Source: Chiloscyllium plagiosum
Lineage: Eukaryota
Length of the DNA: 64,000 nt
Assembly (NCBI RefSeq): GCF_004010195.1
Contig: NC_057718.1
Span: 34,933,376 to 34,997,375 of the forward strand
Direction of reading: 5' to 3'
The notes under the pieces were generated by a model. It did not search any database. It was not told the DNA's origin and saw only the letters and a program-made list of their open reading frames with translations. Positions within the stretch are counted from its first letter, which is position 1. The number at the start of each line of letters is the position of its first letter. The translations under genes and the position numbers were made by a program. This document shows positions 1 through 13,072 of this stretch, piece by piece.

Positions 1-2934
1 GGATAGAATGTATTTTGTTCTTGTCTTTCATCAATGATGGAAACCTTCTGACAGAGATTAAACCAATGGCATATTAAACATTTCCATCTCACTTGCTTCA
101 TGGCCATGTTCCTCCAGACAGGCAACAGAACAGTTTCCTATTATATTATGTCTCCAAATGTCAAACAATCTGTGAATTAGTTTGTTGCAGAAACGACATG
201 AGAAATAGATGCTTTTGATCTACCCCAACCTTTCGGTGATGACCTTGGAGAAAGAGCTAGTCATGGCAGTTGTACCTCTTCACTACAACCTCTCACATGA
301 GCACTTGTGACAATTCAGTTGATGACAATTTAGCATTGGATATCGTTATTGTCAATGTCATGACATAAATTGTTTTGAGTACTCCCCACACTGTAGCTAT
401 GTACCTATCATATCACTGGCAAAGAAATTGTGATCAAGGATAACAACTCCAAGCAGAAATTATACTTGGCATGTTTTCTTTTATCCAAAGCTCTAAACAA
501 TTCTGTTTATAGAGCATCTTTCATGACCTCCAAACATCCCAAAGTTCTTTAGAGCCAATTAAATACCTTTGAGGTGCCCTTACTGTTGGATCATAATTGC
601 AGTACAAACAGTCACCACATAATATTCCCCAATTCGTTACAATTCAGTTGAGATATCTCCAAATGGTTAGAGGGGACAATCTTGTAACTGAGGCACAGTT
701 AACACCTTAGTGGACTATGACCATATAGGAAGAATGTGTGAACATTAAATAAAAACGTTCAAGTGTAAATCTCTCAGTAAATTGATTTAGAAACTTTTAA
801 ACATGTGTTTACTTGCATTAAACACTTGACAGGCCAAACACTTGATCTGTTTCAAGCCTTTTGTTGATGCTATATAGCATCACGTGCCACTGAAGAACAG
901 TTGAACAATAAGAATCTTTCTGATTTATACTCCTTACTATCCATTTTCATCTATACATGTTGCTTGAATTAGTGTCATGGAGGTCAGCAGATTATTTGCA
1001 TGCCCTTATATAACATTACGTATTGCAGACCCAATAGCCAGTATTACAGCATCACTTGTTCCATTAATCTCTGCTGGATATTAATTTTTAAGCAACTAAT
1101 GTGTAATGTAGAGCTCTGGTTTCCTTTCTTACCTATTGCTTCAGCCATTCATGTTCTTCACAAATCTCTAATGTTACTTCTACTGTGCAATGAATTTCTT
1201 TTATTGTGATCCTGTTAATTGTAGACCTCAGAGATTTTCTCTTGGACTAAGTAAGGAGTGTGTACCATTTATGCAGAAAGTAATTCGTACATTTTTAACT
1301 TATATTTTGGTGAAGGTAAAGACAAGCAAAATAATACTGTAGTGTTGTAAATGAATGTTAATTATTTTTGTTTGTGGAGAAATGTTGGAAACAATATTTG
1401 AGTGGGAGACATTTCAAGCTAGAACAATTCATTCTTAAGTGGATCTTAAATCTCAGTAACACTCGTAAGCAGAAGGAGCAGCTAAGTACTGTTATTTATT
1501 TGGGTTTTTCCTACCAAATGACAAACTAAATTACTGGAATTGTGAGTAATAAAGCACAGCAAAACTGGATTTTCTGCATCTCACATGTTAAGGCAGTTTT
1601 AAGATGCAGAGATAACTTTTAATGTTCAAAATATCAATTATATTCAGAAATACAGATGTTTACAATGAAGGCCATTCAGTTCCTCAGTACTGACTCTTTT
1701 GAAAAATTTAATTCCATGGCCATGTTCATTCCTCAAAGCCCTGCATCTTTCTCAGATGTTTATCCAACTTTCCCTTAAAGAATATACGAAGGTCTCAACT
1801 ATTCACTAGAGAACCAACAGCGCTTTCTGTATAGCAATGTCTCCTAATGTTTTTATTTATATACTTGGTGATAATTTCGTAAATTGATGATCCCTTGCTA
1901 CTGATTTGCCAACCACAGAAAGCTAGTCATAAAATTATCTGTTCACTCACCAAAAATATTTCATAACTTCAAAATACTTATTAAATCTTCTCTTGTTCTT
2001 CCCAGAATCTTATATCGTTCCTATCCCTGATACTGCCTTGATTTGATTCATGCTACAGTGCTTATGCTAAAACTGTATGCAGCAGCAAAATCACAAGGAA
2101 GCTTTAGATATTTAATTTACTTCTTTTCCTCTAATGACAAAATATTTAAATAGAATTTTTTTCACAAGCATAAAGAAGGCTGCCATTACAAAGATGTTAT
2201 TTAACATGTTTGATCCCCTGATGTTATGCATGTCACAACGCATTAGTGTAATACAATATGAAGCAAAGGTACAGAGGTGCTTTTGTTTCAATTCTTTTAT
2301 AACTGAAGATATAATAGCAGAGCTGTGATAAAACAAAGATAACTAGAAGATTACATCCTAAGAAATGGCATCCATGATTATGTATTGTGAATAAAAGCCT
2401 TCCAACTATAGTGAGAACTTTACAATGAGGGCAAAAGCTGGAACGTTTGGAATTGCTCAGGGTTGGGCGGGTTGGGAAAATGGCAAAGGAAAGGATTGAT
2501 AGGGGAGTTCAATTCCTTTACTCCCACAATGCCGTTCTGCCAGGGCAAGAAAGATAACTGCTTAGATGTTGACTGTGAGGCCAATTGAGAGTCACTTTTC
2601 ACCTCTGTGAGCATTTTTCTAGCAACGAGAGGACCCACTATCAGGAAAGTATTCACTGAAGCAAGAAGGCAGGAGGTCACATAGGAAAGGTAGCAACGTT
2701 AGGATAGTAAGTGAGAACTGGTGATTGTCCAGTCTGCTGCTCAGGCATGTTAAAAACCAATGTGCAGTTGGAACTGCAACTTTCTTTTGTCAATAATTTA
2801 AACATTATTGCTGGAATTCACACATTTTACCATATGATGAATTTATAAAACCTCCATCTCCTGCAAATTGTGACGTAACTGAAAATTGTGGCCTTTAACA
2901 TTTTGAACATGAGCCTACAAAGCCTGGGATTTCC

Positions 2935-3517
2935 AATGGACTGAGAAGTGGCAGATGGAGTTTAAGTCAGATAAATGAGAGGTGCTGCATTTTGGGAAAG
3001 CAAATCTTAGCAGGACTTATACACTTAATGGTAAGGTCCTAGGGAGTGTTGCTGAACAAAGAGGCCTTGGAGTGCAGGTTCATAGCTCCTTGAAAGTGGA
3101 GTCGCAGGTAGATAGGATAGTGAAGAAGGCATTTGGTATGCTTTCCTTTATTGGTCAGNNNNNNNNNNNNNNNNNNNNNNNNNNNNNNNNNNNNNNNNNN
3201 NNNNNNNNNNNNNNNNNNNNNNNNNNNNNNNNNNNNNNNNNNNNNNNNNNNNNNNNNNNNNNNNNNNNNNNNNNNNNNNNNNNNNNNNNNNNNNNNNNNN
3301 NNNNNNNNNNNNNNNAATGAGCTGCCAGAGGAAGTGGTGGAGGCTGGTACAATTGCAACATTTAAAAGGCATTTGGGTGGGTATATGAATAGGAAGGGTT
3401 TGGAGGGATATGGGCCGGGTGCTGGGCAGGTGGGACTAGATTGGGTTGGGATATCTGGTCGGCATGGACGGGTTGGACCGAAGGATCTGTTACCATGCTG
3501 TACATCTCTATGACTCT
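2935..3517 (+). mobile_element. CR1/HER1-type LINE, 3' fragment interrupted by an assembly gap
   Basis: Translates to CR1 ORF2 C-terminal motifs (KWQMEF..EVLHFGK, LGVQVHSSLKV, NELPEEVVEAGTIATFKRHL); ends in the CR1 3' tail ...CTCTATGACTCTA. Confidence 0.9.
3159..3315. other. assembly gap (157 N)
   Basis: run of N. Confidence 1.
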
Positions 3518-4339
3518 AAAACTGTTGCTTTGGGCAGGAATAAGTAGGCATCATCAGATACACATGTAGGTGATATCATGGGTTGTTTTCAGAACATTTC
3601 ATACTCTGCATGCTTTAGAACCAGGCAGGAATTATTCCAGACTTATGTTTAACATGAGGTGACAGCCGAGTGATATTGTCGCTGGACTCAGGTATTGTTC
3701 TGGTGTTTCAGTCCTACCAAGACAGATGGTAGAATTTGAATCCAATAAAAATCTGAAACTAAAAACATCAAATTGTGACTGTGAAACCATTGTAAAAAGC
3801 AGAATTATAGCCTTCCTTTAGGGAAAGAAACTATCATCCTTCCTGGGTCTGGTCTACATGTGACTCCAGACCCACTGCAATGACTTTTAAATGGCCTAGT
3901 AAACGATTCAGTTGTATCAACTACTAAAAAGTCTGGACAAAGGAATAAAATCATACCTGATACTGACTGGCATCATGAACAAGAATAACAAAGAGAGCCC
4001 TTTCAGCCCTTCAAAGAACTCCGTAACATCTGAGGGGTGGGCCAAAATTGTAAAGTCTATCTCACAGATTAGTCAAGCAACAGACTACTATAGTCATATA
4101 CCTTACAATGTCCCAACTAGCACCATCACCTATCCCAGCACAGACCAAGCAGAGATGACAGCACAGTGGTATACAATCAGGAGGGAGTTGCCCTGGGGGG
4201 GTTCTCAACATCAATTCCTGACCTCATGGAGTGTCATGGCACAAGGTCAAACATGGATGGACAAGTGAAAAAGTAATTGCACACTCCTAGTTAAGGTAAA
4301 AACATTCCTTCAAAAACTGGACACAAAGTTATTTTTGTG

Positions 4340-5120
4340 AATTGATCAACACAGCAAAGAGTACTAGTTAAACTGGAATCAATGGGAATTGTCAGGGAAG
4401 CTGTCCACTGGTTGGAGTCATGCCTGGCAAATAGGAAAACGGTTGTGAGAGTTGGAGGTCAATCATCTCAGCTCCAAGGCATCTCTGCAGGAGTTCTTCA
4501 GGGTACTGTCCTAGGCCCAATCATCAAAGATCTGCTTCATCAATGAACTTCCCTCCATCATAAGGTCAGATGTGAGGATGTTCACTGATAGTTGCACTGT
4601 GTTCAGCACCATTTGTGATACTGAAGCAGCCAGTGTCCAAATGCAACAAGACCTGGACACTAACTAGGCTGGGGCTGAGAAGTGACAAATAGCATTCGTG
4701 CCATGCAAATGCCAGACAATGACTATCTCCAATATGACACAATTTAACCCACTTCCCCTTGATATTCAATGGTGTTACTATCACTGAATCCCCCATTCTC
4801 AACATCCCGAAGGTTACTGTTGACCATGAACTCAACTGGACTTGCCACATAAACACAGTGACTACAAAAGCAAATCAGAGGCCAGGAATCCTGCAGTGGG
4901 CAATTCGTCTCCCAACTCCCCCAAACCTGTTTACCTTCTACAAGGCACAAGTCAGAAGTGTGATGGAATACTCCCCATTTGCCTGGATGGGTGCAGCCCC
5001 AAAATCACTCAAGAAGCTTGGCACCATCCAGGACAAAGCAGCCTGCTTGATTGGCACCACATTCACAAGTACCTACTGCCTCCACCACCGAACCTCGGTA
5101 GCAGCAGTGTGTGCTATCTA
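4340..5120 (+). mobile_element. decayed CR1-group LINE (second family), RT and C-terminal region
   Basis: SAGVLQGTVLGP-like motif, FTDSCTVF (degenerate FADD), QQDLD, YKAQVRSVMEYS..AWMGAAP..LKKL.TIQDKAACLIG; frameshifted. Confidence 0.85.
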
Positions 5121-6150
5121 GAACAGAAGAGAATAACAACTTACTGTCATGCATATTGTTACAAAAAATATACAATGAGAAGTTCTATAAGTCGCCATAC
5201 CACAAGGCCTAAAATAAAGCAAAAGTTCATCACAGTTCAATTAACAACTCCTGGGTTCGGGGTATGCTGGAAAACCAGGCCATGTAGGGCTGGGCCTACA
5301 TCAGCGTGCTAGGCTGAGACTGCTCCGCCATGCCAAGACGAGACCTCCATGCCGAGACAAGACCTTTAAGCCTAAACAGGACCACCATGCCAAAATGAAA
5401 TCTCCACGTTAAAATGAGATGTCTGCACCAAAACTAGACCACCACACTGAAACAAGCTCTCCAGGCCGAGACGGGACATCCATGCTGAAATGCAACCTCC
5501 ACACTGAGACGAGACCTCCATGCCGAAACAAGATCTCCACGCCGAGACGAGACCATTACGCCAAGATGAGATCTCCACGCCGAGACGAGACCAGTATGCC
5601 AAGATGAGATCTTCACGACGAGACGAGGCCAGTACGCTGAGATGAGACCTCCATGCTGAGATGAGATCTCCACACTAGCATAAGATATGCATACTGTGCC
5701 ATTAGAAAACCCAGAAGCCATCTCCAAAGGAAGGACGAGATCTTCACGCTAAGACCAGACCTCTGCTTCAGGACCAAACCTTCAGGGCCGGGGTGTTGGA
5801 ATACCAGGAAGTCTCTGAAGAAGGTCTCCATAAAGCGATGTGATCTCTGTGTCAGAACAAGAATGTCACTCTGAGCTGAGGCTCCCCACCTGGACAAGAT
5901 GGCCACACCTGGAGACCATCCAGCTGGGTACCAGGCCTATATTGCCATTTCAGCCCACTGGAAGCTACCTCATCGCTGGGCCCGGGCTGTGAGAAGACAC
6001 CTTCTGCTGAAGTCATACAAGAAGGTAAAGTACAATGATAAGTAGAAATATTAAAAAAGGAAAAGCACAGTGAATGGAGGAGACAAGCTCTGGACACCTG
6101 GACTGAGGAGCCTGTGCATTGAGCTGCTACTCTGCAGCCATCTTGAAAAA
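5121..6150 (-). mobile_element. putative non-autonomous retroposon with internal VNTR and Rex1/Babar-like 3' end
   Basis: Minus strand starts CAAGATGGCTGC and ends ...CATGACAGTAAG..TTCTCTTCTGTTCT; inserted between two parts of a CR1-group LINE. Confidence 0.5.
5312..5674. repeat. 19-bp degenerate minisatellite (consensus ~GCCGAGACGAGACCTCCAY), about 19 units
   Basis: direct periodicity visible; alternating 38-bp dimer pattern at ~5540-5650. Confidence 0.85.
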
Positions 6151-6329
6151 AAATGCTTTTTGGAAATAGCTTATCTTTATCTGCCCGGTCTTTTCCTGTT
6201 AATAGCTTGAATCTCCAATTAGATCATCCCTTAACTTTCTAAATTCTACAGAAAACAAGTGAAATGAGACAATAATTCCTCCCAGGAAGTTACATAGACC
6301 TGCTACAACACCTGGAATCCAGGCTTGGG

Positions 6330-6716
6330 AAGCAGTGTGCAGGCGCACCCTACAAGTTCCACAATCAACAAGTTGCATGACAGAAACTCACCAAAAGTCC
6401 CAAGACAGCACCTTTAACACTCACAACACCTTCTATCTAGAAGGACAAAGATAGCAGATACATGGGAACACCACCACCTGCAAGTTCCCTTCCATGCCAC
6501 TGATCATCCTGACTTGGAAATATATTGCTGTTCCTTCACTGTCACTGGGTCAAAATCCTGGAATTCCCTTTTTAATAGTATTGTGGGTCAACCAACAGGA
6601 CATGGACTGCAGCGGTTCAAGAAGGTAGTGCACACTACCTTCTCGAGGGCAACTAGGGTCAGGCAATAAATGCTGGCCCAGGCAGCGATGCTCATGACCC
6701 ACGAGTGAATGAAAAA
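6330..6716 (+). mobile_element. 3' end of the CR1-group LINE begun at 4340
   Basis: continues after GCAGTGTG; typical TGGGAACACCACCACCTGCAAG...GGCAATAAATGCTGGCC...GAATGAAAAAA tail. Confidence 0.8.
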
Positions 6717-8759
6717 AGAAGATGAACTCACAGTGATGAAATCAATGTTGTCAGGCGATCATGATGTTTCTCTCTTTGGTGACAGCTTTAATGATTTTAT
6801 TTAATGGAAATGGATTTTTAGTTTACTGACACCTATAGTGCGGAACCTGCTTCATTTAACCTGTGGAACAAATCTGTCAACAAAAGGAAACAGTACACAT
6901 TGTGAGATTTCTGTTTGCAACTTTACCAGGCTTACTCCAGACACTGTGAATCACAAAGAAATTACAAACTGCAGCATAACCGCAGACTCTTCAGCCCACC
7001 TAGTCTGTGCTGATGTACATTCACCAAAGCCTTTTTTTGAAAACAATTTCTCTTGCTGTTTGCCAAAATTTTTCACATTTAAAATTACATCAATACCCCT
7101 CTCATTTTAGACACTTCAACAGCTGCAAAGGACGATAATCTACACTCTATCATAATCTTTCAAAATATTAAATATCTCTGTCAAATCAACCCATGACTTC
7201 TGCTTTCTAACAAAGAAAGTCATTCCTGATTTTTAATCTCTTTGGTACTGTTTATCTTCTCTTGCATGTTTTTCATGAACCTACCTATTTTGTTACTTTC
7301 ACCTTTCCTTTATTGTCGAGTCAGAAACTATCAAATACCCAGCTGTAATCCTGTTGACGTTTTAGATAGATTCACCATAACACTGAAGATTTCCCTTTGC
7401 CATGTAATGTAAATTTCCTCAGTCTCTTTTAAATGTCTGACCCACTTGTGGTGCTGAGTTGCTTTTAATTTTGTGTTTATTGCAGCATTTTAAAAAATAT
7501 CCCTTGCAGTTTCTTTTGGCTCTTGGAATCAAGGGGAAAAAGAAATTCCAAATTTCTGCAGTTATGCCAGTGCCCTATCATCTCTACTCTTCCTTCCCTT
7601 CAGCCAACCTGACTCATCCTCTTTCCCATTCTCCCCTTGCATCATTGTTCCCAGTGAGCTACCCCAGCCACCCCCCCACCTCTCCTCCAAACACACACAC
7701 ACACACCCACCCATGTGATTGCAGCTCTACCTCCAGCCAACTCCTACTCTTAGAGCACTTAGAGAAGTGGTAACAGTATTAATAATATCTCTGGTATTGT
7801 GATCCTCAGTGAGAATGAGCTAGGGTACTTTACTGTGGCTATTAGAAAATTTGCTATATACTGTGGCTATTAGAATATATAGAACTGGCATATGGGTTAC
7901 TCCAAGTGGCGGGGAGCTGAGGCCCTTAATTGACCCTTAACTGGTGTAATAGAAAGGTTGACCAATGCACCTTCCCTCCCAGAACTTTCTGGTGGTGATA
8001 GCAAGGTAATGAGGTTTAGACAGCCCATCGGCCCATCTGATTATGTGTCATTCCTGCCTCAAACCACACCACTTTACAAAATAAAATATTTCACCTGTTA
8101 CAATGACAGAACAGAACCTAAAAGTGTTTATAAACGTTATTTACTTTTAATTTCAAGTGTTTTTTTAATGTAGAAAAGAAGATAAATACAAAATAAATCC
8201 ATGTATTTAAATTCACTGTCTTTCTGGCGAAGTCCTCTGTGAACTCCATGGAATGTCACACCTGCAAAGTGTCAATAAAACTGCCAATAGGGAGAGATTA
8301 ATAAGAAGAGGAAGTGAAAGATTTGATGATAAGCTCTTCTCAACAGAAAGCCACCTCTTGCAGATATATCTGTTTTACCCTCCAGCAATTTATGAATAAA
8401 TGTGTTAAAAACTGACTGCAATATTAGTCTGTCTGTGTTTTTGGCCAGACATCATATTGTGCAGACTAGATAGCTATGAGGGCCATATCTTTGAGATCAG
8501 CTATTTTAAACACCCTTGCACTGTAAGTTAAAAAAAACCTCTCATTTGCAATGTTGGAATTGTCGAAAGGAATCAGAGTGACAGAATTTCTACCAGCCTA
8601 GAAAACCAAGAATCTTGAAATTGACTCTTAACTGTCAACATCAATGTTTCTGGTGTTATCTCATAATGTTAGCAATATCACAGTATGCAGCCCATCTATT
8701 TGGGACCAGCATGCTTTCTGTACTTTGTCATATTGAATTCTCCAGAAGTATGACCATCC

Positions 8760-9130
8760 TTCCAAAGAACATTGTTCTTGAGCTTGAACCATATAGGACT
8801 CATGCCAGAGATGGAGTGCTCCCTCATTGTGTAAGGTGCACATTGTCTGTGGAAATTCAGGCAGATGCACACACAGTTCCTGTTGCTGCTCACCAGCTTG
8901 ACCCTAAGGCTGAGCATCTGTGTTAGTGATCTGTGATCTTCAAAAGGGACTCTTCATTGTTGTCCCTGTCTCTAGAACCTGCTGCTGCTCATGTGATATG
9001 CTGTCATCCTATCTGAGGGCAGGGACGCTGAACCCACTGGGGTGGCTGTATCTGTGTTGGTAGATGGTGCACAGGAGTCTTGAGACAGTGCATCTTCAAT
9101 CTGGGATCAGATTGTGAATGAGGAGGACAG
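8760..9130 (-). mobile_element. probable Harbinger Myb/SANT gene remnant (low-complexity middle/C-terminal part)
   Basis: minus strand reads IEDALSQDSCAPSTNTDTATPVG, resembling the PSTS.DT.TSVG segment of these proteins; many stops. Confidence 0.35.
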
Positions 9131-9638
9131 TCTTACCATGTCTTATATCCAGGAGCCTATTCTTTCCTCACTCATACTGTTTTCCCCAAAACACTGGTAC
9201 CAAAGGTCAGGCCGCCAGCTTTTTTCAAACAGAGAACTTTCATTGTTGCATTAGGCACCTCATTCCATCTGCCTGTCTGATTGGTTGAGGAACAGAGAGG
9301 TGATTTACTAAATGATGCTTTGGGAATGATCAATCACAAAGTATATGCATCAAGGGGTGAGGTTTCTGACCTAATTTTGTCCCTTCCATCGCAGCAGGGA
9401 CTAAGTTGATAAGATTCTGTCCAAGGGTCTATTCAGCAAACATATCTACTAGTGTATTACAATGATATTCATTTTCACAACCACATCAGATGTAATCTCA
9501 GAGTGATCCATGAAGTGCAAATGTCTACTGTTCATTTATTTTCTTTTATTTTTTGGAAGTCTCATTTTAAAAATAACCAACAGCACAGCTTTAAGCTTTA
9601 AACAAAATATGAGGTTAATTTATGAGGCTAACATTGCT

Positions 9639-9911
9639 GGGTGGCATGGTGGCACAGTGATTAGCACTGCTGCCTCACAGCGCCAGAGAGACGCAGATTC
9701 AATTCCCACCTCAGGCAACTATCTGTGTGGAGTTTGCACATTCTCCCCGTGTCTGCGTGGGTTTACTCCGGGTGCTCCCACAGTCCAAAGATGTGCAGGT
9801 TAGGTGAATTGGCTGTGCTAACTGTAGGGGAATGGGTCTGGGTGGGTTGCTCTTTGTGGACTTGTTGGGCCAAAGGGCCTGTTTCCACACTGTAAGTAAT
9901 CTAATCTAATG
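9639..9911 (+). mobile_element. HE1-type V-SINE (tRNA-derived)
   Basis: A box TGGCACAGTGATT, B-box-like ATTCAATTCC, V domain TGTGTGGAGTTTGCACATTCTCCCCGTGTCTGCGTGGGTTT, (AATCT)n tail. Confidence 0.95.
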
Positions 9912-9974
9912 TAAAAGTGAGGATACTGTTCGCTAAGATTCAGATCTAAAGTGTCAATATAAGTAAGGATAAAT

Positions 9975-10460
9975 GTTATAATGCACCTTGAGTGTTATGT
10001 GCAGTTTTAATCTCCTTATCTGAGGAAAGAAGTTCTGACTATGACAAAGTGCAGCTTAAGTTTACCAGACCGATTCCTGGGGTGGCAAAATTAACATACA
10101 AAGAAAGACTGAATTGGTTAGGACTGAATTGGTATTCACAAGAGTTTAGTAAAATAGCAGCCCATAAAATTCTAAAAGGACTAGACAGAATAAGGGAGTC
10201 CAGGGAGTCTCAAATCACAGGTCATAGTGTAAGGTTGTAAGGTAAGCCATTTAGGACTGAGATGGGGGAGCTTGTGGAATTGCCTGCTGTAGAAAGTGGA
10301 TGAAGTCAAAATATTTGAATGTTTTCAGACAGTTAAATACAGTTCATACAGCGAAAGGGATCAAAAGGAATGGGGAGAAAGTGGGTACAGAGTACAGCAT
10401 TATATGATCAGCCATGATTATATTGAATGAGGAAGCAGATTCAAAGGGCTGAATACCCTA
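9975..10460 (+). mobile_element. decayed CR1 LINE 3' fragment
   Basis: KVQLKFTRPIPG..LTYKERLNWLGL..HKILKGLDR; 3' UTR ATGATCAGCCATGA..TTGAATG. Confidence 0.8.
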
Positions 10461-11199
10461 CACCAGAAACACACTGCCAGTATAGTTTAGCTGGTTTATT
10501 GATGGTAGTCAAGGCCTGAGCTACACCATTTTCAGCTGAAGCAGCCAAAGCCTGAATCTTCTGCACTTTTCTATATAATACACAGTGGAACATTTTCACT
10601 GCTACATTACCACACCTGGATCACTTCAGGAACAATGTGGGAAAATGCAGAATGTGTGAAATAATGCTATTTTATCTTAATTTTATCAACACATCCAAGA
10701 GATCAGTCATTAAATATAAATAGAATGAAAAATAAAAACAGCATGAGTCAGTCAGGACAGGTTCATCAGTGTAAGACCACTCCACCAGGGGCAAAATAAT
10801 TCCAGGATTGAATTTTGACTCTGAATTGTCAAGAAGCAGGACACAGGATTGCTTCTAGATTTCCAACACTGCTCTGCAGTGTCAAAGGGAACAGTCACAC
10901 GTTGTGAGCTGGATTAGGTTACCCCCTTAAATATTATGAAGAACATTCCTCTAGCTAACCCAACGCATCCACAGGGCTCTCAAAGTTACAGACCCAGTCA
11001 GAGGCCTTCAAACTTTAGAGTTGAAACCGGCTGCAGAGCTGGGTAATTAAATGGGACGGGAACTTCATCAGGAATGAGCTATCTCAGCCATTTTCGTTAA
11101 GAAAGCAATCAAAGAAAAAGCCAGTGAGTGGTGGTGAAGAGCACCTTTCTGGGGCTGCCTTTTGCTACATCTTAACGCAGGGCAGGTTGGTGTCCTTTG

Positions 11200-11355
11200 G
11201 CCGATGTGGTACGCTGCTGGGTGGGTTAGCCATGGGAAATGCAGGGTTACAAGGCTAGGGCAGGAGGGTGGTTCTGGGTGGGATTCTCTTCAGAGGGTTG
11301 GTGTGCACTTGATGGGCCGAATAGCCTACTTCCACACTGAGGGATTCTATAATTC
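11200..11355 (+). mobile_element. 3' half of an HE1-like SINE
   Basis: GGGTTAGCCATGGG..CTGGGTGGGATTCTCTTCAGAGGGTTGGTGTGCACTTGATGGGCCGAATAGCC..GGATTCTAT. Confidence 0.75.
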
Positions 11356-11984
11356 CATGATGATGATATACAGCTGGATACCTTCCTCCAGGCAGCTGAA
11401 TGGCTCCCCATTATGCTGCACAGTTGCAGCTCTGCTAGAAGATGCTTCACTTCATTAGCTTTACTTGGTTACATGCATGTTATCAAACCCCCGCCATGGG
11501 AACAATTATTAAGGTTTGGAATAACTTCAGGAAACCTCCCTTCTGTCCGTTGCTGGTAGATTTGGATGCATTCACCATTAATCCCTGGCCATGCAGGAAC
11601 AAAGCGCGTAGCCACTAATCTCAGTCTGAAACACAAGTTTGAATTGAGCATTTATTGTCATTGCTCTATCTTTGAGTATATTCTTTGCCATAAGTGCAGG
11701 CTCATTTCTCTGTATGTATGAGAATCACTACACTCAAAACCATCTTCATTCAGGGGCAGAGAAATCTTATGTTTGATAACCCAGTTCATACATTTTTTGG
11801 AGCAAAGCCTTAGGTGTAAGTTTTTGGGGCTTGTTTCTTTTGTCTGATAATTCATGTTGTGATACCAACAAGGAATGCTTCCAAATTTTTATTGCTGCAA
11901 CATAACTGCTACAAAAACGTATAAGCGTTGGAGATGACCATATCCATCATGGGGATGTTTGATGGGGCTCTGCTGAGTTGGTGC

Positions 11985-12200
11985 GTCACCATAGTCTTAC
12001 CAGACCATTAGACGCTGCTCTCTTATTAGAGAGAATGACTGGTGGTGATTTAACCTGAGGGTCACCAGACCTCACGTAAGGGAAGAGGTTGAGAAGGAGA
12101 ACCCTTCATGGTAACCTCAAACCAGTGTTGAAAAGTGAACCTACACTGTTAGCATCACAGTGCTCTGTAAACCAACAATCCAGCCAACTGAGCTAAACCA
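11985..12200 (-). mobile_element. tRNA-derived SINE (different family; partial copy also at ~48985-49090)
   Basis: minus-strand head GGTTTAGCTCAGTTGGCTGG...GGTTCAC; body shared with the 48985 fragment. Confidence 0.7.
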
Positions 12201-12234
12201 ATTTCCTCTGCTGAGTATGTAGGTGTTTGCTCAC

Positions 12235-12430
12235 ACAGATTTGCTCCCTGCAGATTCTGCTGTAAAGGATGCTGCAGATAAATGATGTTGGATGAACTTT
12301 TAGCAATGGATTCCCTCTTGTTGCATTTTCCTCTGCTTCTGATGCATGCTTGCCTTTGGAAGAGTTGTGCCATTTTTATTTGGTTGTGCCCAATGCAGTG
12401 GTCCTGCGTGAACTGTTGTGAGGATTCAAG
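12235..12430 (-). other. candidate orphan exon (196 nt)
   Basis: long pyrimidine tract TTTTCTGTTGTCTGTCTCTTTGTCCAG acceptor, GTGAGC donor, one open frame (LESSQQFTQDHC...); no recognisable homology. Confidence 0.25.
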
Positions 12431-12844
12431 CTGGACAAAGAGACAGACAACAGAAAACACCAAAACAGAACTGTAGTACAGCTGCACAGCTTAACACTGA
12501 GAGTGCTGAGAGAGGGCAAGAAAACCCTTAACTTAACAGAATCAGATGGAGTGAAGCGTGGGGAGGCTTAGCGTCATTTTTCTTACATTGTCTCATTTTT
12601 ACTTGCTCTGAATGAGAATTGAGGGATGTCACGCAGCTAACAGGTAAATATACATTTCTTTATGTTTCTGCAGATAGTCCAACAGTCAGTTGAAGCTTGG
12701 ATTCTTCTTTGAAAAAGCCCGTGCATCACTGCCCCTCATACCTTCTCAGCTCTCCATTGCAGGAACTAACATTTTAACCATGGGTACCATGAGCTTCCTT
12801 TCTCAGTAATGTAACATCTTCTGATGTGAAACTTATGGAGGAAC

Positions 12845-13072
12845 TCCACCTCCCAAAGGATTGTGAATCTGTGGAATTCCCTGGCCAGTGAAGCAATTGA
12901 GGTACCTCATTGAACGCTTTTAAGGCAATGATAGATTTTTGAACAATAAAGGAATTAAGGGTTAATGTGAGCAGGTGGGTGAGTGGAGCTGAAAAGATCA
13001 GCCATGATCTTATTGAATGGGAGGAGTAGACATGAGAGGCCAGATGGCCTACTCCTGCTCATAGTTCTTATG
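12845..13072 (+). mobile_element. CR1 LINE 3' end
   Basis: GTGAATCTGTGGAATTCCCT...GATCAGCCATGATCTTATTGAATGG...TGGCCTACTCCTGCTC..TTCTTATG. Confidence 0.85.

Noticed and set aside
2982..3513. ORFs spanning X runs
   Set aside because: Artefact of the N gap inside a CR1
5312..5674. Repeat-spacer array or repetitive protein
   Set aside because: Degenerate tandem 19-mer without spacers; the ORFs are incidental
7831..7876. Short tandem duplication TACTGTGGCTATTAGAA (similar at ~10110, ~17905, ~31900)
   Set aside because: Ordinary slippage duplications
9639..9720. tRNA gene (likewise 25142, 27082, 37240-37319)
   Set aside because: tRNA-derived SINE heads continuing into SINE body; no complete cloverleaf evident
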